Positions 38,296 through 47,639 of a stretch of 64,000 bases of DNA are shown here, piece after piece. The position numbers and the translations under genes were made by a program. The notes below the pieces were generated by a model. The model was not told where the DNA came from. It saw nothing but the letters and a program-made list of their open reading frames with translations, and did not search any database. Position 1 is the stretch's first letter. Every line of letters starts with the position of its first letter. This stretch comes from Planctomycetota bacterium. GTDB taxonomy: Bacteria > Planctomycetota > PLA2 > JAEUHO01. The stretch lies in contig CBDCWP010000033.1 in NCBI GenBank assembly GCA_965223505.1, positions 1 to 64,000 on the forward strand, written 5' to 3'.

Positions 38296-38480
38296 TGTTC
38301 ACCTCACTTCGCTTCAAGGACGAGCGGCGGTCGCCAATCGGATACAAGAACCACGGTTGCTTGCCAGCGTGGATCATAGCGACTCGCACTCACCAGCGGA
38401 CGGTGAGGTGCGGCACGCACCGCCCGACCTGCATGAGCGCGAGCGCGACCAACGCGCAGAGCGCAAGCAGCGTCGCAATC

Positions 38481-39062
38481 CTACGGAGCATGGCGCTCGG
38501 TCGCGGCGGGCACAGCGCACACGGCACCTTGCGAGAATTCCTGCGACTCGACACCAAAGGCGTGATCGAAGCGTGCACGGAAGTTCTCCCATGCGATGCA
38601 CGCCGTCAGCTCGACCAACTGCGCGTGGTCGTAGCGCGCCCGCAGCCGTGCGAACAGCCGGTCGTCGACGGAGACCGGCGTTCGCGTCATCTGCTCGGCG
38701 TACTCGAGGACGTCGCGCTCCTCATCGGTGTAGACCGCCGCACCGCGCCACACCCCGAGGCTGCTGATCTTCGCCGGTTCCAGTCCGAGCTCTCTGCCGA
38801 CGGCAGAGCCGATGTCCAGTCAGAACGGACAGCCGACGAGCTGCGCGACCTTCAGGTTGGCGAGCTCTTTCAGCGCAGGCGGCAGGCGCCGGCACTTCTC
38901 GAGCTTCATCTCCATCGCGCCGTATCCGCGCAAGACACGCGAGTGGTGCGCGAGGATGCGAAGCGGCGTGATCACCTCGCCGACACGCCGCTTGCAATAC
39001 CAAAAGGCCGCCCGCGCGAGCAGCCCGGCCTTGTCGTCGGTAACGCCTTCGATGCGCGACAT
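38481..39062 (-). CDS. AhpD/carboxymuconolactone-decarboxylase-like protein with in-frame TGA (putative CxxU)
   Basis: LKELANLKVAQLVGCPF*LDIG...YTDEER..LEYAEQMT...QLVELT..IAWENFRARF; TGA 38820-38822; 193 aa if read through. Confidence 0.88.
38792..38808 (-). promoter_or_regulatory. Putative bacterial SECIS element of the CMD-like gene
   Basis: mRNA CUCUGCC-GUC-GGCAGAG hairpin; loop begins 18 nt after the UGA. Confidence 0.75.
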
Positions 39063-39069
39063 CGAACCC

Positions 39070-40218
39070 TCACGGCAGCGGAACGGCGGACAGGGAGGTC
39101 CGCACGAACCGGGGATAGAGGAAGTCGGGGTTCGCGATCACCTCGTTCTGATCGAGGTGGTTCGGCACGTACGTCGAGACCAGCTCCGCCCCGAGGAGAT
39201 GCGGATGCGCGTGGCCGCCGTTGACGAACGCGTCGACGTCGTTCTGGACCTCGGCCGGACGGAAGATCGAGTACGAGATGCCGAACGGCCCTTCGATGCG
39301 CGATGCGAAGCGCACGCCCAGGTGGTTCGCGAGGAATCCGCCGTTGTGTCCGAGGCTCTCGGTCAGGACGATGCGACTGCGCGTCGCGTCGTAGCTCACG
39401 CTGAACGAGGGCGGCGTCTTGTGGAAGACGGGTGCGACGACTCCAGCGGTGCCGGAAATCCAACCGGCCTGGTCGCCGCTCCACCATTCCGGGGCGGTGA
39501 GGTCCGCGCTCTCGAACTGGGCGTCCGTCCATCGGAGCAGGTACGCCCCATTGGGGGCGTCCGGGACCTCGTAGGCGTAGACGAATCCGTCTCGTCGGTA
39601 GGTGCTCACGCCGATGGCGGCATCGACGCCGATCGCCGGCAGATCGACCTCGACGACGAGCCACGACGACGGGTCGTCGTCCGGGTTCATCACGCGAAGC
39701 GCGACACAGCCGACGCGTGTGAACTGGAACGGACCGGGCGTCACGGTCGCGCGCATGCGCGAGTAGAAGAGGATCAGCGTGTCGCCGATGCGCATTCCGT
39801 CGTTCGGCCAGAGCCAATCGCCGTCGTCGCGCGCGAAAAACGCTTCGGGCGCGCCGCCGGCGTCGCCCCAATGGAACTGGATCGTCGCGAGGCTCGGATC
39901 GAGGCCGGTCTGGACGGCGACCGTGTTCCGAACGCTCGTCGCGAGGGCGCGATCGCCGGTCAATCCGAGATCGACGTAGCTGGTTCCGAACAGCCAGAGT
40001 GTGCGCTCGTCTCCGAGGGGGACGGCGTACGCGATGTCGCCGCCCAACCAGCGCGGATCGCTCTTGAACAGCGCATCGGCCTCCGGCCACGCGGACGAGG
40101 TGCCCGTCGGCGGCGGCTCGCTCGGACCACCGCAACCGACGGCGAGCAGGAGCGCGAGTAGGAACAAGAACAGCAGCGACACCCCGTAGGGCATCCGCAT
40201 CGAGAACAAGGGGAACAT
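39070..40218 (-). CDS. Lipoprotein, DUF4185/DUF5005-like beta-propeller
   Basis: LAVGC lipobox; WLGGDIAY.VPLG..RTLWLFG, GPF, HAHP, YPRF; start uncertain. Confidence 0.65.
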   Translation of the reverse strand: MFPLFSMRMPYGVSLLFLFLLALLLAVGCGGPSEPPPTGTSSAWPEADALFKSDPRWLGGDIAYAVPLGDERTLWLFGTSYVDLGLTGDRALATSVRNTVAVQTGLDPSLATIQFHWGDAGGAPEAFFARDDGDWLWPNDGMRIGDTLILFYSRMRATVTPGPFQFTRVGCVALRVMNPDDDPSSWLVVEVDLPAIGVDAAIGVSTYRRDGFVYAYEVPDAPNGAYLLRWTDAQFESADLTAPEWWSGDQAGWISGTAGVVAPVFHKTPPSFSVSYDATRSRIVLTESLGHNGGFLANHLGVRFASRIEGPFGISYSIFRPAEVQNDVDAFVNGGHAHPHLLGAELVSTYVPNHLDQNEVIANPDFLYPRFVRTSLSAVPLP

Positions 40219-40496
40219 GGCAGGCTCTCCGCGCTTGGGGCATGGGCAACGGTCGCTACCCACCGATCAAGACGCACGGGACCTGCGAATCGGATACGCG
40301 GAATTCGAGACATGCGGACGCGGGGCAACCGCCGCCACGACACAGCACGCCTCCTTCCTAGATGCCGCCGACGGCGAATCGGATTCAACGCCGACGAACG
40401 TCACGAAAACCCGCGAGAAAGGCCTGCATCGGCCCAACGCGCCCGTGCCGCGCCGCGTACGTAGCGCGAAACCAGGCCCGACGTGGAGGTGCGATA

Positions 40497-41339
40497 ATGC
40501 GCATGCGTTCGATGGTCGGCGGGCTGACCGCCTTGTTGATGAGCTCCCTTGCGTTCTCGGAAGAGGAGATGGATCCGGCAACGTCGGCCTTGACGACGTG
40601 GCTGAACGCGCCGGCCGTCAACGCGGCGTGCGAGGTCTCGCGTAGCAAGTCGAGCGCGAACCCGAGCTTCGGCGGAACGCGAATCCTCATGTCGGGCGGC
40701 GGCCCCGCGTTGGAGCCCTTCGCGGGGAAGTTCCACATCCGGGTCGACGGCGACACGCGCGTGGTCGCAAGCGACTCTGCCAATCCGGGCTTCGTCCTGT
40801 TCTCGACGGCGGAGCACGACGTCATTCGCCAGACATACGAGGACGTTCCGATGGGCCTTCGCGAGGTGCGTCAGGATCTCGACGCACTCCTCGATCGCGC
40901 CCGGCTCGGCAAGTGGCTGTTGCGCGCGACGTGGATGAAGTCGGGCGAACGAACGTACGAGGCGACGCTCTCGCGCCGTACGTTCCCCTCGCCGCCGTCG
41001 AGCAATCCCATCGCGGCCGCGCCGCGCAACCTGGCGGTACACGGGAAGATCGAGCTGTCCGAGACCGGAGCGCTGTCGCGCATGGAGCTACGCGTCGAAC
41101 GCACGGACCCCTCCGCCGCGCTGCAGCGTCGGATCATGAAGGGCGGCGTGCCCGGCCTGGAGGGCCTACCGCTCGGCGGCGGCCTCGACGAAGAAGAAGA
41201 GGACGACGACGGCGCCCCGAAGGCCGATGTGGTCGTGACGTATGTCCTCGCCCCCACGGCGAAACCGCACGCTCGGGTCACGCTCGCCGAGCGTCAGCTG
41301 CGCGCGACACTCGACGGCAAGCCGACGACGGGCCCGTAG
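40497..41339 (+). CDS. Secreted hypothetical protein
   Basis: GGAGG RBS, signal peptide, first gene of a tight three-gene run. Confidence 0.65.
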   Translation: MRMRSMVGGLTALLMSSLAFSEEEMDPATSALTTWLNAPAVNAACEVSRSKSSANPSFGGTRILMSGGGPALEPFAGKFHIRVDGDTRVVASDSANPGFVLFSTAEHDVIRQTYEDVPMGLREVRQDLDALLDRARLGKWLLRATWMKSGERTYEATLSRRTFPSPPSSNPIAAAPRNLAVHGKIELSETGALSRMELRVERTDPSAALQRRIMKGGVPGLEGLPLGGGLDEEEEDDDGAPKADVVVTYVLAPTAKPHARVTLAERQLRATLDGKPTTGP

Positions 41340-41341
41340 CC

Positions 41342-43495
41342 ATGAGGATCACGGCGCTCGCTCTTGTGCTCTGTCTCGCCCCCGTCGCGATCGCGGACGA
41401 GAAGTCGTCGTCCACGAAAGACCCCGTCGTCGAGTCGACGGCCAAGGCGTTGGACGCGTTGGTTCGGACTCTGTTCGAGCCGTCCAAGGACACGTCGAAC
41501 GTCCACAATGCGTCGGGCGTGGGTCGAACCCTGGTCGCGCAGGCGCTGACGGCGCTCGCCATGAAGGCGCATCCCGACACGCAGCGCTGGGAGCGTCCCC
41601 TCAAGCGGCTGGACCGCGAGCTGCGGGCCTTCATCTACGGCGGGATGAGTGTGCAAGAGACGTGGCCGCTGGCCGTCACGTCGCTCTACTTCGCGGAGCG
41701 CGCGCATCGCGGGCGCGCGTCGAAGCGTTCGATGGAGGAGCTCGTCTACCGCCTCGAGGCCGGTCAGAACAAGGAAGGTGGGTGGGCACACGGCTCGCAG
41801 ATCACGGAGCAGATCGACTTCTACCCGTCGACGCTGATGAGCTCGACCGCGGCGTGCATGGGCGCGCTCGGTGCGCTGGAGCGCGCGGGCGCGGACGTGG
41901 ACCCCGACGTCGTCGACGCGGCCTTCAAGCTCCTGAACGACGTGCAAGGACCGCATGGCGCGCTGCCGTACGGCGGACGTGCGTACCGGAAGGGGTTCGA
42001 GGCGGGTCGAACGGCGGCGGGTGCATTCGCGTTGGCCGCGCTGGGACGAACGGAAGACGACGCGTTCCTGCGCGCAGCCGCGTACGTGCGCGAGCACGTC
42101 ACGGCGATCCCGCGCGGCCATGCCAGCGCCGCCTGGCACACCGTCTTCGGCGCCCTGGGGTGCCATGCCGCGGGCCGCGACACCTTCGAGCGCTACAAGC
42201 GAGACGTGCTTGGCCCGCTGCTCAGAACCCAGGCCGACGACGGGCACTTCGCTGCGCCGGTCCCGTCGCCGGACGACATGACGTTCATGGGCTCGGAGGC
42301 GTCGCGCAAGTCCTACACCACGGCCGCTGTTGCATGCGCGCTGCTCTCGGACCGGCTGGAGGTCGTCAAGCGCATCCCGAAAGCGCCGGCTCGTCTTCCG
42401 GGCATCCAGAGCGAGACCCGGCTGCCGACCCGCGCACCGCTGTGGTCGGCGCTGGCGATGTCGCGCGGTGTCGTGCGATCGGGACCGCATGCCGTCGCGG
42501 CGAGCCATCGTCCCGGAGAGCTCGAGGCCTACGTCGGCACGACGGGGAAACGAGCGTGGCGCGCGACGTCGAAGTCGGCGCGGTCGGCGAACGCGCGGGG
42601 CACGCAGCTCATCGGCGCGGCCGACGGTCGGATCGTCGCCGTCTTCGCGCGCGTCGAGCCGGGGCGCGCCGTGATCGGTTCGACGGGCTCGGGCGTGATC
42701 GGCGGCGCGAAAGTCAGCAGCATCGTCGCGGCGTTCGACGTGAAAGGACGCGAGCTGTGGAGCACGCCCGTCGACAACGCGGTGCTCGCGATCGATGCGA
42801 CGAAGACGCGCGTGCTCATCCTCGCGCGCGGCGGCGCCTACGAGGTGCGGTCGCTCGACGACGGCACGCTGCTGGGCGACGGGCAAGGCCCGAAGATGAT
42901 CGTCAACGGCAGCGGCGCGCTGATCGGCGACGACGTCGTGCTCGCGGGAGAGAGTCGCGTCGTGCGCGTCACCGTCGAGGGTTCCGTGCTGTGGACGGCC
43001 GCCGCACGCAGTATCGACGGACTCGCCAAGCACACGTTCGGCGGCGTGGTCGCCACGGAGGACGCGGTCGTCGCGGCGGCGACGAACGGCCGCGTGTACG
43101 GATTGGACCCGCGGAGCGGCAAGGAGCGCTTCGCGCTCTCCGTGGGCAGCGCACCGGAGGCGGTGGCGATGGTCGATGGGCGCGTGCTCGTCGTCGGCTT
43201 CGACGGCACGGCGACGTTGATCGACGGCGCCAAGGGCGAGGTCGTCTGGCGCCGCTCGTTGCCGCGGGGCGACACGAGCGAACGCCGTGCGTCGATCGCC
43301 GCGTCGAGCACGGTCGTCGGCGTGAGCAGCGGCGCGTTGCGGGGCGTGGTCCTGCTCCGGCTCACGGACGGCGAGGCGCTCGCTCGGCTCGACGTCGAGC
43401 ACGCGGCGTCGGTCGCGATGGACGAAGAGCGTGCCTACGTGGCAAGCGTGAACGGCGTGGTCGCGTTTCCGGCAACCGAGGACGCCGGACGATGA
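41342..43495 (+). CDS. Secreted prenyltransferase-like alpha/alpha-barrel plus PQQ-type beta-propeller protein
   Basis: Signal peptide; QNKEGGWAH, GRTAA; C-terminal G.E.W / G.V.W repeats. Confidence 0.7.
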   Translation: MRITALALVLCLAPVAIADEKSSSTKDPVVESTAKALDALVRTLFEPSKDTSNVHNASGVGRTLVAQALTALAMKAHPDTQRWERPLKRLDRELRAFIYGGMSVQETWPLAVTSLYFAERAHRGRASKRSMEELVYRLEAGQNKEGGWAHGSQITEQIDFYPSTLMSSTAACMGALGALERAGADVDPDVVDAAFKLLNDVQGPHGALPYGGRAYRKGFEAGRTAAGAFALAALGRTEDDAFLRAAAYVREHVTAIPRGHASAAWHTVFGALGCHAAGRDTFERYKRDVLGPLLRTQADDGHFAAPVPSPDDMTFMGSEASRKSYTTAAVACALLSDRLEVVKRIPKAPARLPGIQSETRLPTRAPLWSALAMSRGVVRSGPHAVAASHRPGELEAYVGTTGKRAWRATSKSARSANARGTQLIGAADGRIVAVFARVEPGRAVIGSTGSGVIGGAKVSSIVAAFDVKGRELWSTPVDNAVLAIDATKTRVLILARGGAYEVRSLDDGTLLGDGQGPKMIVNGSGALIGDDVVLAGESRVVRVTVEGSVLWTAAARSIDGLAKHTFGGVVATEDAVVAAATNGRVYGLDPRSGKERFALSVGSAPEAVAMVDGRVLVVGFDGTATLIDGAKGEVVWRRSLPRGDTSERRASIAASSTVVGVSSGALRGVVLLRLTDGEALARLDVEHAASVAMDEERAYVASVNGVVAFPATEDAGR

Positions 43496-44349
43496 ACGCG
43501 CTGCGCGACGAGTCGCCGGCCGCCGTGACGCTTTGGTTGCGCGCGTTGGCGCGTCGCATGGGCGCCGGCGCCGAGGTCGCGGACGACGCGGCGCAAGATG
43601 CGCTGTTGGCGTGGCTGCGGCATCCGCCGCAGAAGCCGGAGCGGCTGCGGCCGTGGCTTGCGACGGTCCTGCGCAATCGCGTGCGGGAGCACGCGCGGCA
43701 GGAGCGCCGGCGCACACGACGCGAGCATGCCGCGGCGCGCGCCGACGTGGAAGCGACCACGAGCGAAGCGTTCGAGCGGCGTGAGCGCTGGCGCGCGGTG
43801 ATCGCCGCGTTTCGAACGCTGGATCGCCGTACGCGTCGCGCGTTGTGGCTTCGCTACATGGTCGGACTCCCGCCGCGGCAGATCGGCGCCGAGCTCTCGG
43901 TGCCGGTCGCGACGGTGAAGACGCGCCTTCGACGCGGCCTCGCGCGTCTGCGCGCGCAGCTTCGCGAACGGTGGCGCCCGGCGTGGTTGCTGCCCTGGCT
44001 GCCTCGCCGCGAAGACCGCGCGATCTTGCGACCCGCCGCCGCGGTCTTGCTCACCGGCGCCGCGCTGTTGGCACCCACGTCGACGATGTCCGCCCCCCCT
44101 TCCGATGCCGGTTCGACGACGTCGGTGACGGAAGAGCGCGCGCAGGACCCGCTGCGCAAGCTGATCGACGGGCTCCGCGGCAGGTCGGTTCTGACGATGA
44201 CGTCGATGGAGTCGCACGTGATCATGAACGAGACGCTCGTGCTCGATCCCGCGGATGCCCGGCAGCTCATCGAGGCCCTTCTGGAGGGGCGCGGCGCCGG
44301 CGCGAAGGAAGACGACAGCAAGGAGGGCGACGCTTCGCCCGGGCCCTAG
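43492..44349 (+). CDS. ECF sigma factor with short C-terminal extension
   Basis: ADDAAQDA, WLATVLRN, LRY..GL...QIG..L.VPVATVKTRLRRG. Confidence 0.85.
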   Translation: MNALRDESPAAVTLWLRALARRMGAGAEVADDAAQDALLAWLRHPPQKPERLRPWLATVLRNRVREHARQERRRTRREHAAARADVEATTSEAFERRERWRAVIAAFRTLDRRTRRALWLRYMVGLPPRQIGAELSVPVATVKTRLRRGLARLRAQLRERWRPAWLLPWLPRREDRAILRPAAAVLLTGAALLAPTSTMSAPPSDAGSTTSVTEERAQDPLRKLIDGLRGRSVLTMTSMESHVIMNETLVLDPADARQLIEALLEGRGAGAKEDDSKEGDASPGP

Positions 44350-44876
44350 CCGCGACGATCGCCCGGTCCGGTGCCGGGGTCCCATCCGATGCTGACCGAG
44401 TCGTTCCACTGCGGATGATCGTGATCGCGCAGATCGCCGCCGCCGCGCAGCACGGACCGCAGGTTGGTCATGAAGTAGATCCAGCAGCTCCGGCAGTTCA
44501 GATGCATCCATGCGCGTCCGGGATCTTCGGCGGGGCATCCGGTCTGGTGCAGGTCCACCTCCGTGGCCTCCCCCACGTCCCGGAATCGGATCTCGACGGT
44601 GGGCCCGCCGAACGTGAATCGCACGAGGGCGTTTGGCTCGACGGCCTCGATCGTTCCCGGGTGCGCGAATTCGTGAACGTACGTCCAGTCGTAGGTATCG
44701 CCGGGCTGGACCATCTCGTCAGGCGCCCTCACGGTTCCGTCCGGCGCCGTGTGCACGGCGCGGCCGATAAAGAACGACTCGAGCCCCTCCGCCGTCGAGA
44801 AGCGCCGGAAGACCTCTTCGATCGGCGCGAGGTAGTACATGTGTACGTGGAATTGGGACCAGTCGTATTCGGACAT
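44346..44876 (-). CDS. SRPBCC/AHSA1 domain protein
   Basis: APIEEVF...T.EGL..F, T.V.L.Q, W..FMTNLRSVL. Confidence 0.8.
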   Translation of the reverse strand: MSEYDWSQFHVHMYYLAPIEEVFRRFSTAEGLESFFIGRAVHTAPDGTVRAPDEMVQPGDTYDWTYVHEFAHPGTIEAVEPNALVRFTFGGPTVEIRFRDVGEATEVDLHQTGCPAEDPGRAWMHLNCRSCWIYFMTNLRSVLRGGGDLRDHDHPQWNDSVSIGWDPGTGPGDRRG

Positions 44877-45017
44877 GGCGGGAACCTACCCGTCGCGCGT
44901 CGCAAACCGCAACACTCATGTTCCGGCACCGCTCTCGTCGATGAGACGGTGGAGGTGTGCGTGCCGTTTCCGCCCGCCAAGATCGTCGAGTCACCGCAGG
45001 ACGTCGGTCCCACACCG

Positions 45018-45785
45018 ATGACCGTCCGGCTGTGCGCCGCGGTCCCGCACCTCGTCGCGGCCGCCGTGCTCTCGGCGATCTTCGGCGACTACATCGGCGG
45101 CGAGATCCGCATCACCGGGCGCGTCCACGACGCGTCGGCCTGGCTCATGTACGAGCTGCTGGCCTGCGTCTACATGTCGCTGCTGCCGCTGGGCATGGTC
45201 TTCGTCTCGCTCGCGCGCGTCGTGCTGACGCATGCATCGCTGAAGGGCCTGCGCGACGGGTCCGTCCTGCTCGTCCTGCCGTTCGTCTACCTGGCGTGGT
45301 CGCTGTCACCGGACGGCGCCGCGGGCTGGGGACTGCTCGCGTTCCTCGTGCTCGCGTTCGCGCGCTGGGTCCCGTACCGGCACGAAGCCGCTCTGCTCGG
45401 CGGCATCCTCGGCGTCGCGCGGGGCGCTTGGCGCGCGGTGCGGGTCTGGGGCTTCTTCACCGCGGCGTTCCTGCTCTCCGCGCTGTTGATCCTGCCGCTC
45501 GAGCCGTTGCTCGGGCTCGAGATGCCCAGCGTCGAGCACGGGCAGTACTTCCTGTTCCTCGGCATGGGGATCATCTACTTCGCGCTCAACGCCGTGTTCG
45601 AGCTGTTCGACTTGAACCGCAAGCTCTTCCCGCCGCACCGCAGGCTGCGCAATCCGTTCCGACCGGTCTTCGAAGATCCGCGCGCAGACGTCAACGCCGG
45701 CGCCGCCGCACCTTCGCGTCCCCGACATCCACGAGAGGTTTCGGCAGCGTCCACCCGCCGTCCATCTTCAGCACCGTTCCCGTGA
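45018..45785 (+). CDS. Hypothetical multi-pass membrane protein
   Basis: Six or more hydrophobic segments, host-like codons; 3' end overlaps the convergent SDR gene by ~95 nt. Confidence 0.65.
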   Translation: MTVRLCAAVPHLVAAAVLSAIFGDYIGGEIRITGRVHDASAWLMYELLACVYMSLLPLGMVFVSLARVVLTHASLKGLRDGSVLLVLPFVYLAWSLSPDGAAGWGLLAFLVLAFARWVPYRHEAALLGGILGVARGAWRAVRVWGFFTAAFLLSALLILPLEPLLGLEMPSVEHGQYFLFLGMGIIYFALNAVFELFDLNRKLFPPHRRLRNPFRPVFEDPRADVNAGAAAPSRPRHPREVSAASTRRPSSAPFP

Positions 45786-46521
45786 TCCACGGCGACGCGC
45801 TGCTCGCGAGCCAACACACGACCTCCCCCACCTCCTCGGCGGTCCCGAAGCGCCCGAGCGGGATCTGCTCCAGCACCCTCCGTTCGAGCTCTTCGGACGG
45901 CCACAGGCGATCGGCGGCGCCCTCGCTCACGAACGGTCCGGGCGACACCGCGTTGACGCGAATGCCCAACGAAGCCCATTCCGCGGCGAGGCTGCGGGTC
46001 ATCGCGTCCACGCCCGCCTTCGCGCACGCCGAGTGCACGACGCCCGGCTTGCCTTCGTGCGCGTACGGCGCGGAGATGTTCACGATCGTGCCGCCGCCGT
46101 CGCGCATCAGCCGCCCGACCTCCCGCGACATGTAGAACACGCCGTTGAGCGCGATGTCGATGACGGTGGCGAACGCCTTCGGCGCCAGCATCAGCGACGG
46201 ACGGATGAAGTTGCCGGCCGCGTTGTTCACGAGCATGTCGATACGGCCGAAGTGATTCGCCGCGGCGCGCACGACGCGGCGCACCTCCTTCGCGTCGCGT
46301 ACGTCGAGGGCGAGACTGAGCACCTCGAACCCGTCCTTCGCCCCGCGTTCGATCAGCTCGGCGTGGTGCTCGACACTGCGGCTCGCACAGACGATGTTGG
46401 CGCCCAACCGGCCCATGCGCGTACACACGGCCAGGCCCAGGCCCGTTCCACCGCCGGTGACCAACGCCGTCTTGCCCTCGAAGATCCCGTCCGGAAGCAG
46501 CTCGCTCACGCGGTCCCCCAT
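45691..46521 (-). CDS. SDR oxidoreductase, 2,4-dienoyl-CoA reductase-like
   Basis: TGGGTGLG, NNAAGNF, HSACAKAGV, IPLGRFG. Confidence 0.9.
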   Translation of the reverse strand: MGDRVSELLPDGIFEGKTALVTGGGTGLGLAVCTRMGRLGANIVCASRSVEHHAELIERGAKDGFEVLSLALDVRDAKEVRRVVRAAANHFGRIDMLVNNAAGNFIRPSLMLAPKAFATVIDIALNGVFYMSREVGRLMRDGGGTIVNISAPYAHEGKPGVVHSACAKAGVDAMTRSLAAEWASLGIRVNAVSPGPFVSEGAADRLWPSEELERRVLEQIPLGRFGTAEEVGEVVCWLASSASPWITGTVLKMDGGWTLPKPLVDVGDAKVRRRRR

Positions 46522-46889
46522 GTCTCTGCGATCCGCTCCGTATCCAGGTAGTCCTGGATCTCGCAGATCGTCTCGCCGTCGAGCCGGAACACCGTCACGC
46601 CGCGATTCGCGTACTCGACCCCGGTCTTCGTGGTTCCGGCATTGGTCCACTGCGCGATCGCGCGGTCACCCGCGACGGCCGCCCAGTGAACCGTGAAGCG
46701 CAGCCCGTCTCGAAACAGCCGCTGGTTCTGGCGCAGGAAGATCACGATCTTGCGCTTGCCCTGGTGGCGGCCGCCGAACGTGCGCCCGGGAAACTCCAAG
46801 ACACAGTCGTCGGCGAGTCGATCGGCCATGGGCGTCACGTCTCCCGAGCTGAGCGCGTCGAAGCAGCTACGAATGTCGTCCTCGGTCAT
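46506..46889 (-). CDS. SnoaL/NTF2-like protein
   Basis: LADDCV..FPG, Y.N.GV.VF, I.DYLDT. Confidence 0.85.
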   Translation of the reverse strand: MTEDDIRSCFDALSSGDVTPMADRLADDCVLEFPGRTFGGRHQGKRKIVIFLRQNQRLFRDGLRFTVHWAAVAGDRAIAQWTNAGTTKTGVEYANRGVTVFRLDGETICEIQDYLDTERIAETWGTA

Positions 46890-46913
46890 GCGCGCAGCGT
46901 ACCGAATCCGGCG

Positions 46914-47639
46914 TCACCGCAGGGGTGTCAACCTGTCGTTCGAGATCAGCAGGCTGCGGAGTCCCTCGTCACGCAACACCTGGTCGCGCACCTTCGAGAC
47001 GATGCCTGCGCCACCGCGCGCCGTGATGCGAATGTCCCGGGCGTCCGGCTTCAGCGTGCGCAGGGTGATCTGATCGGCCTTCAGCGTGAGCTCGCGGCAG
47101 ACCAGACGCGCATTGCCCGTCGCCCTTCGGCGATTGGCCGCGAGGTCCTTCACCTCGGCGCCGGTGAGCCGCACCTCGGGCAGGTAGCCCGGCGGCACGT
47201 AGAAGGTGATGCGTTCGGCCTCGATCGTCGTCGGGTTCGTGAGGTAGTGCTCGCGCGCGACCTGCTCCGGGCTCCTCGTGAGCTTGGTGCCGCGCGGCTT
47301 GACCCTGCCAGGATCCCGGTGTGTGGGGACCGCGAGCTTGGGGGCCGGCTCCGGCGCGCGCACCGCGAACGCGGGTGGCGGCGCGCGCTCGGGTTCGGGT
47401 GACGGGTCCTCCGTCTTCGGCTCGAGATCGGCGAGATCGATGGAGGCCGGCTCCTCGAACCGGTCGTTCGCGAGTCGCCAGACGCCCCCGACACCGTCGT
47501 CGCCCGTCTCGCTCCACGGCCCGTCGTCGACCTCGAGGTTCACCTGGGAGGCGTCCACGACCGGCAGATCGTCGACGGCCTGCCAGCTGCTACAGGCGCA
47601 GAGCACGAGCCCGGCAACGAGGGCGAGCGCGACACGCAC
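46914..47639 (-). CDS. Hypothetical lipoprotein coupled to secretin gene
   Basis: GTG overlapping the secretin TAG; lipobox LCAC. Confidence 0.7.
   Translation of the reverse strand: MRVALALVAGLVLCACSSWQAVDDLPVVDASQVNLEVDDGPWSETGDDGVGGVWRLANDRFEEPASIDLADLEPKTEDPSPEPERAPPPAFAVRAPEPAPKLAVPTHRDPGRVKPRGTKLTRSPEQVAREHYLTNPTTIEAERITFYVPPGYLPEVRLTGAEVKDLAANRRRATGNARLVCRELTLKADQITLRTLKPDARDIRITARGGAGIVSKVRDQVLRDEGLRSLLISNDRLTPLR

Noticed and set aside
38081..38491. Possible fourth Sec ORF (MLRRIATLL...TVRW*VRVAM...)
   Set aside because: No Cys-motif context or recognisable family, and read-through would run out of frame into the lipoprotein gene; at most a 33-aa peptide.
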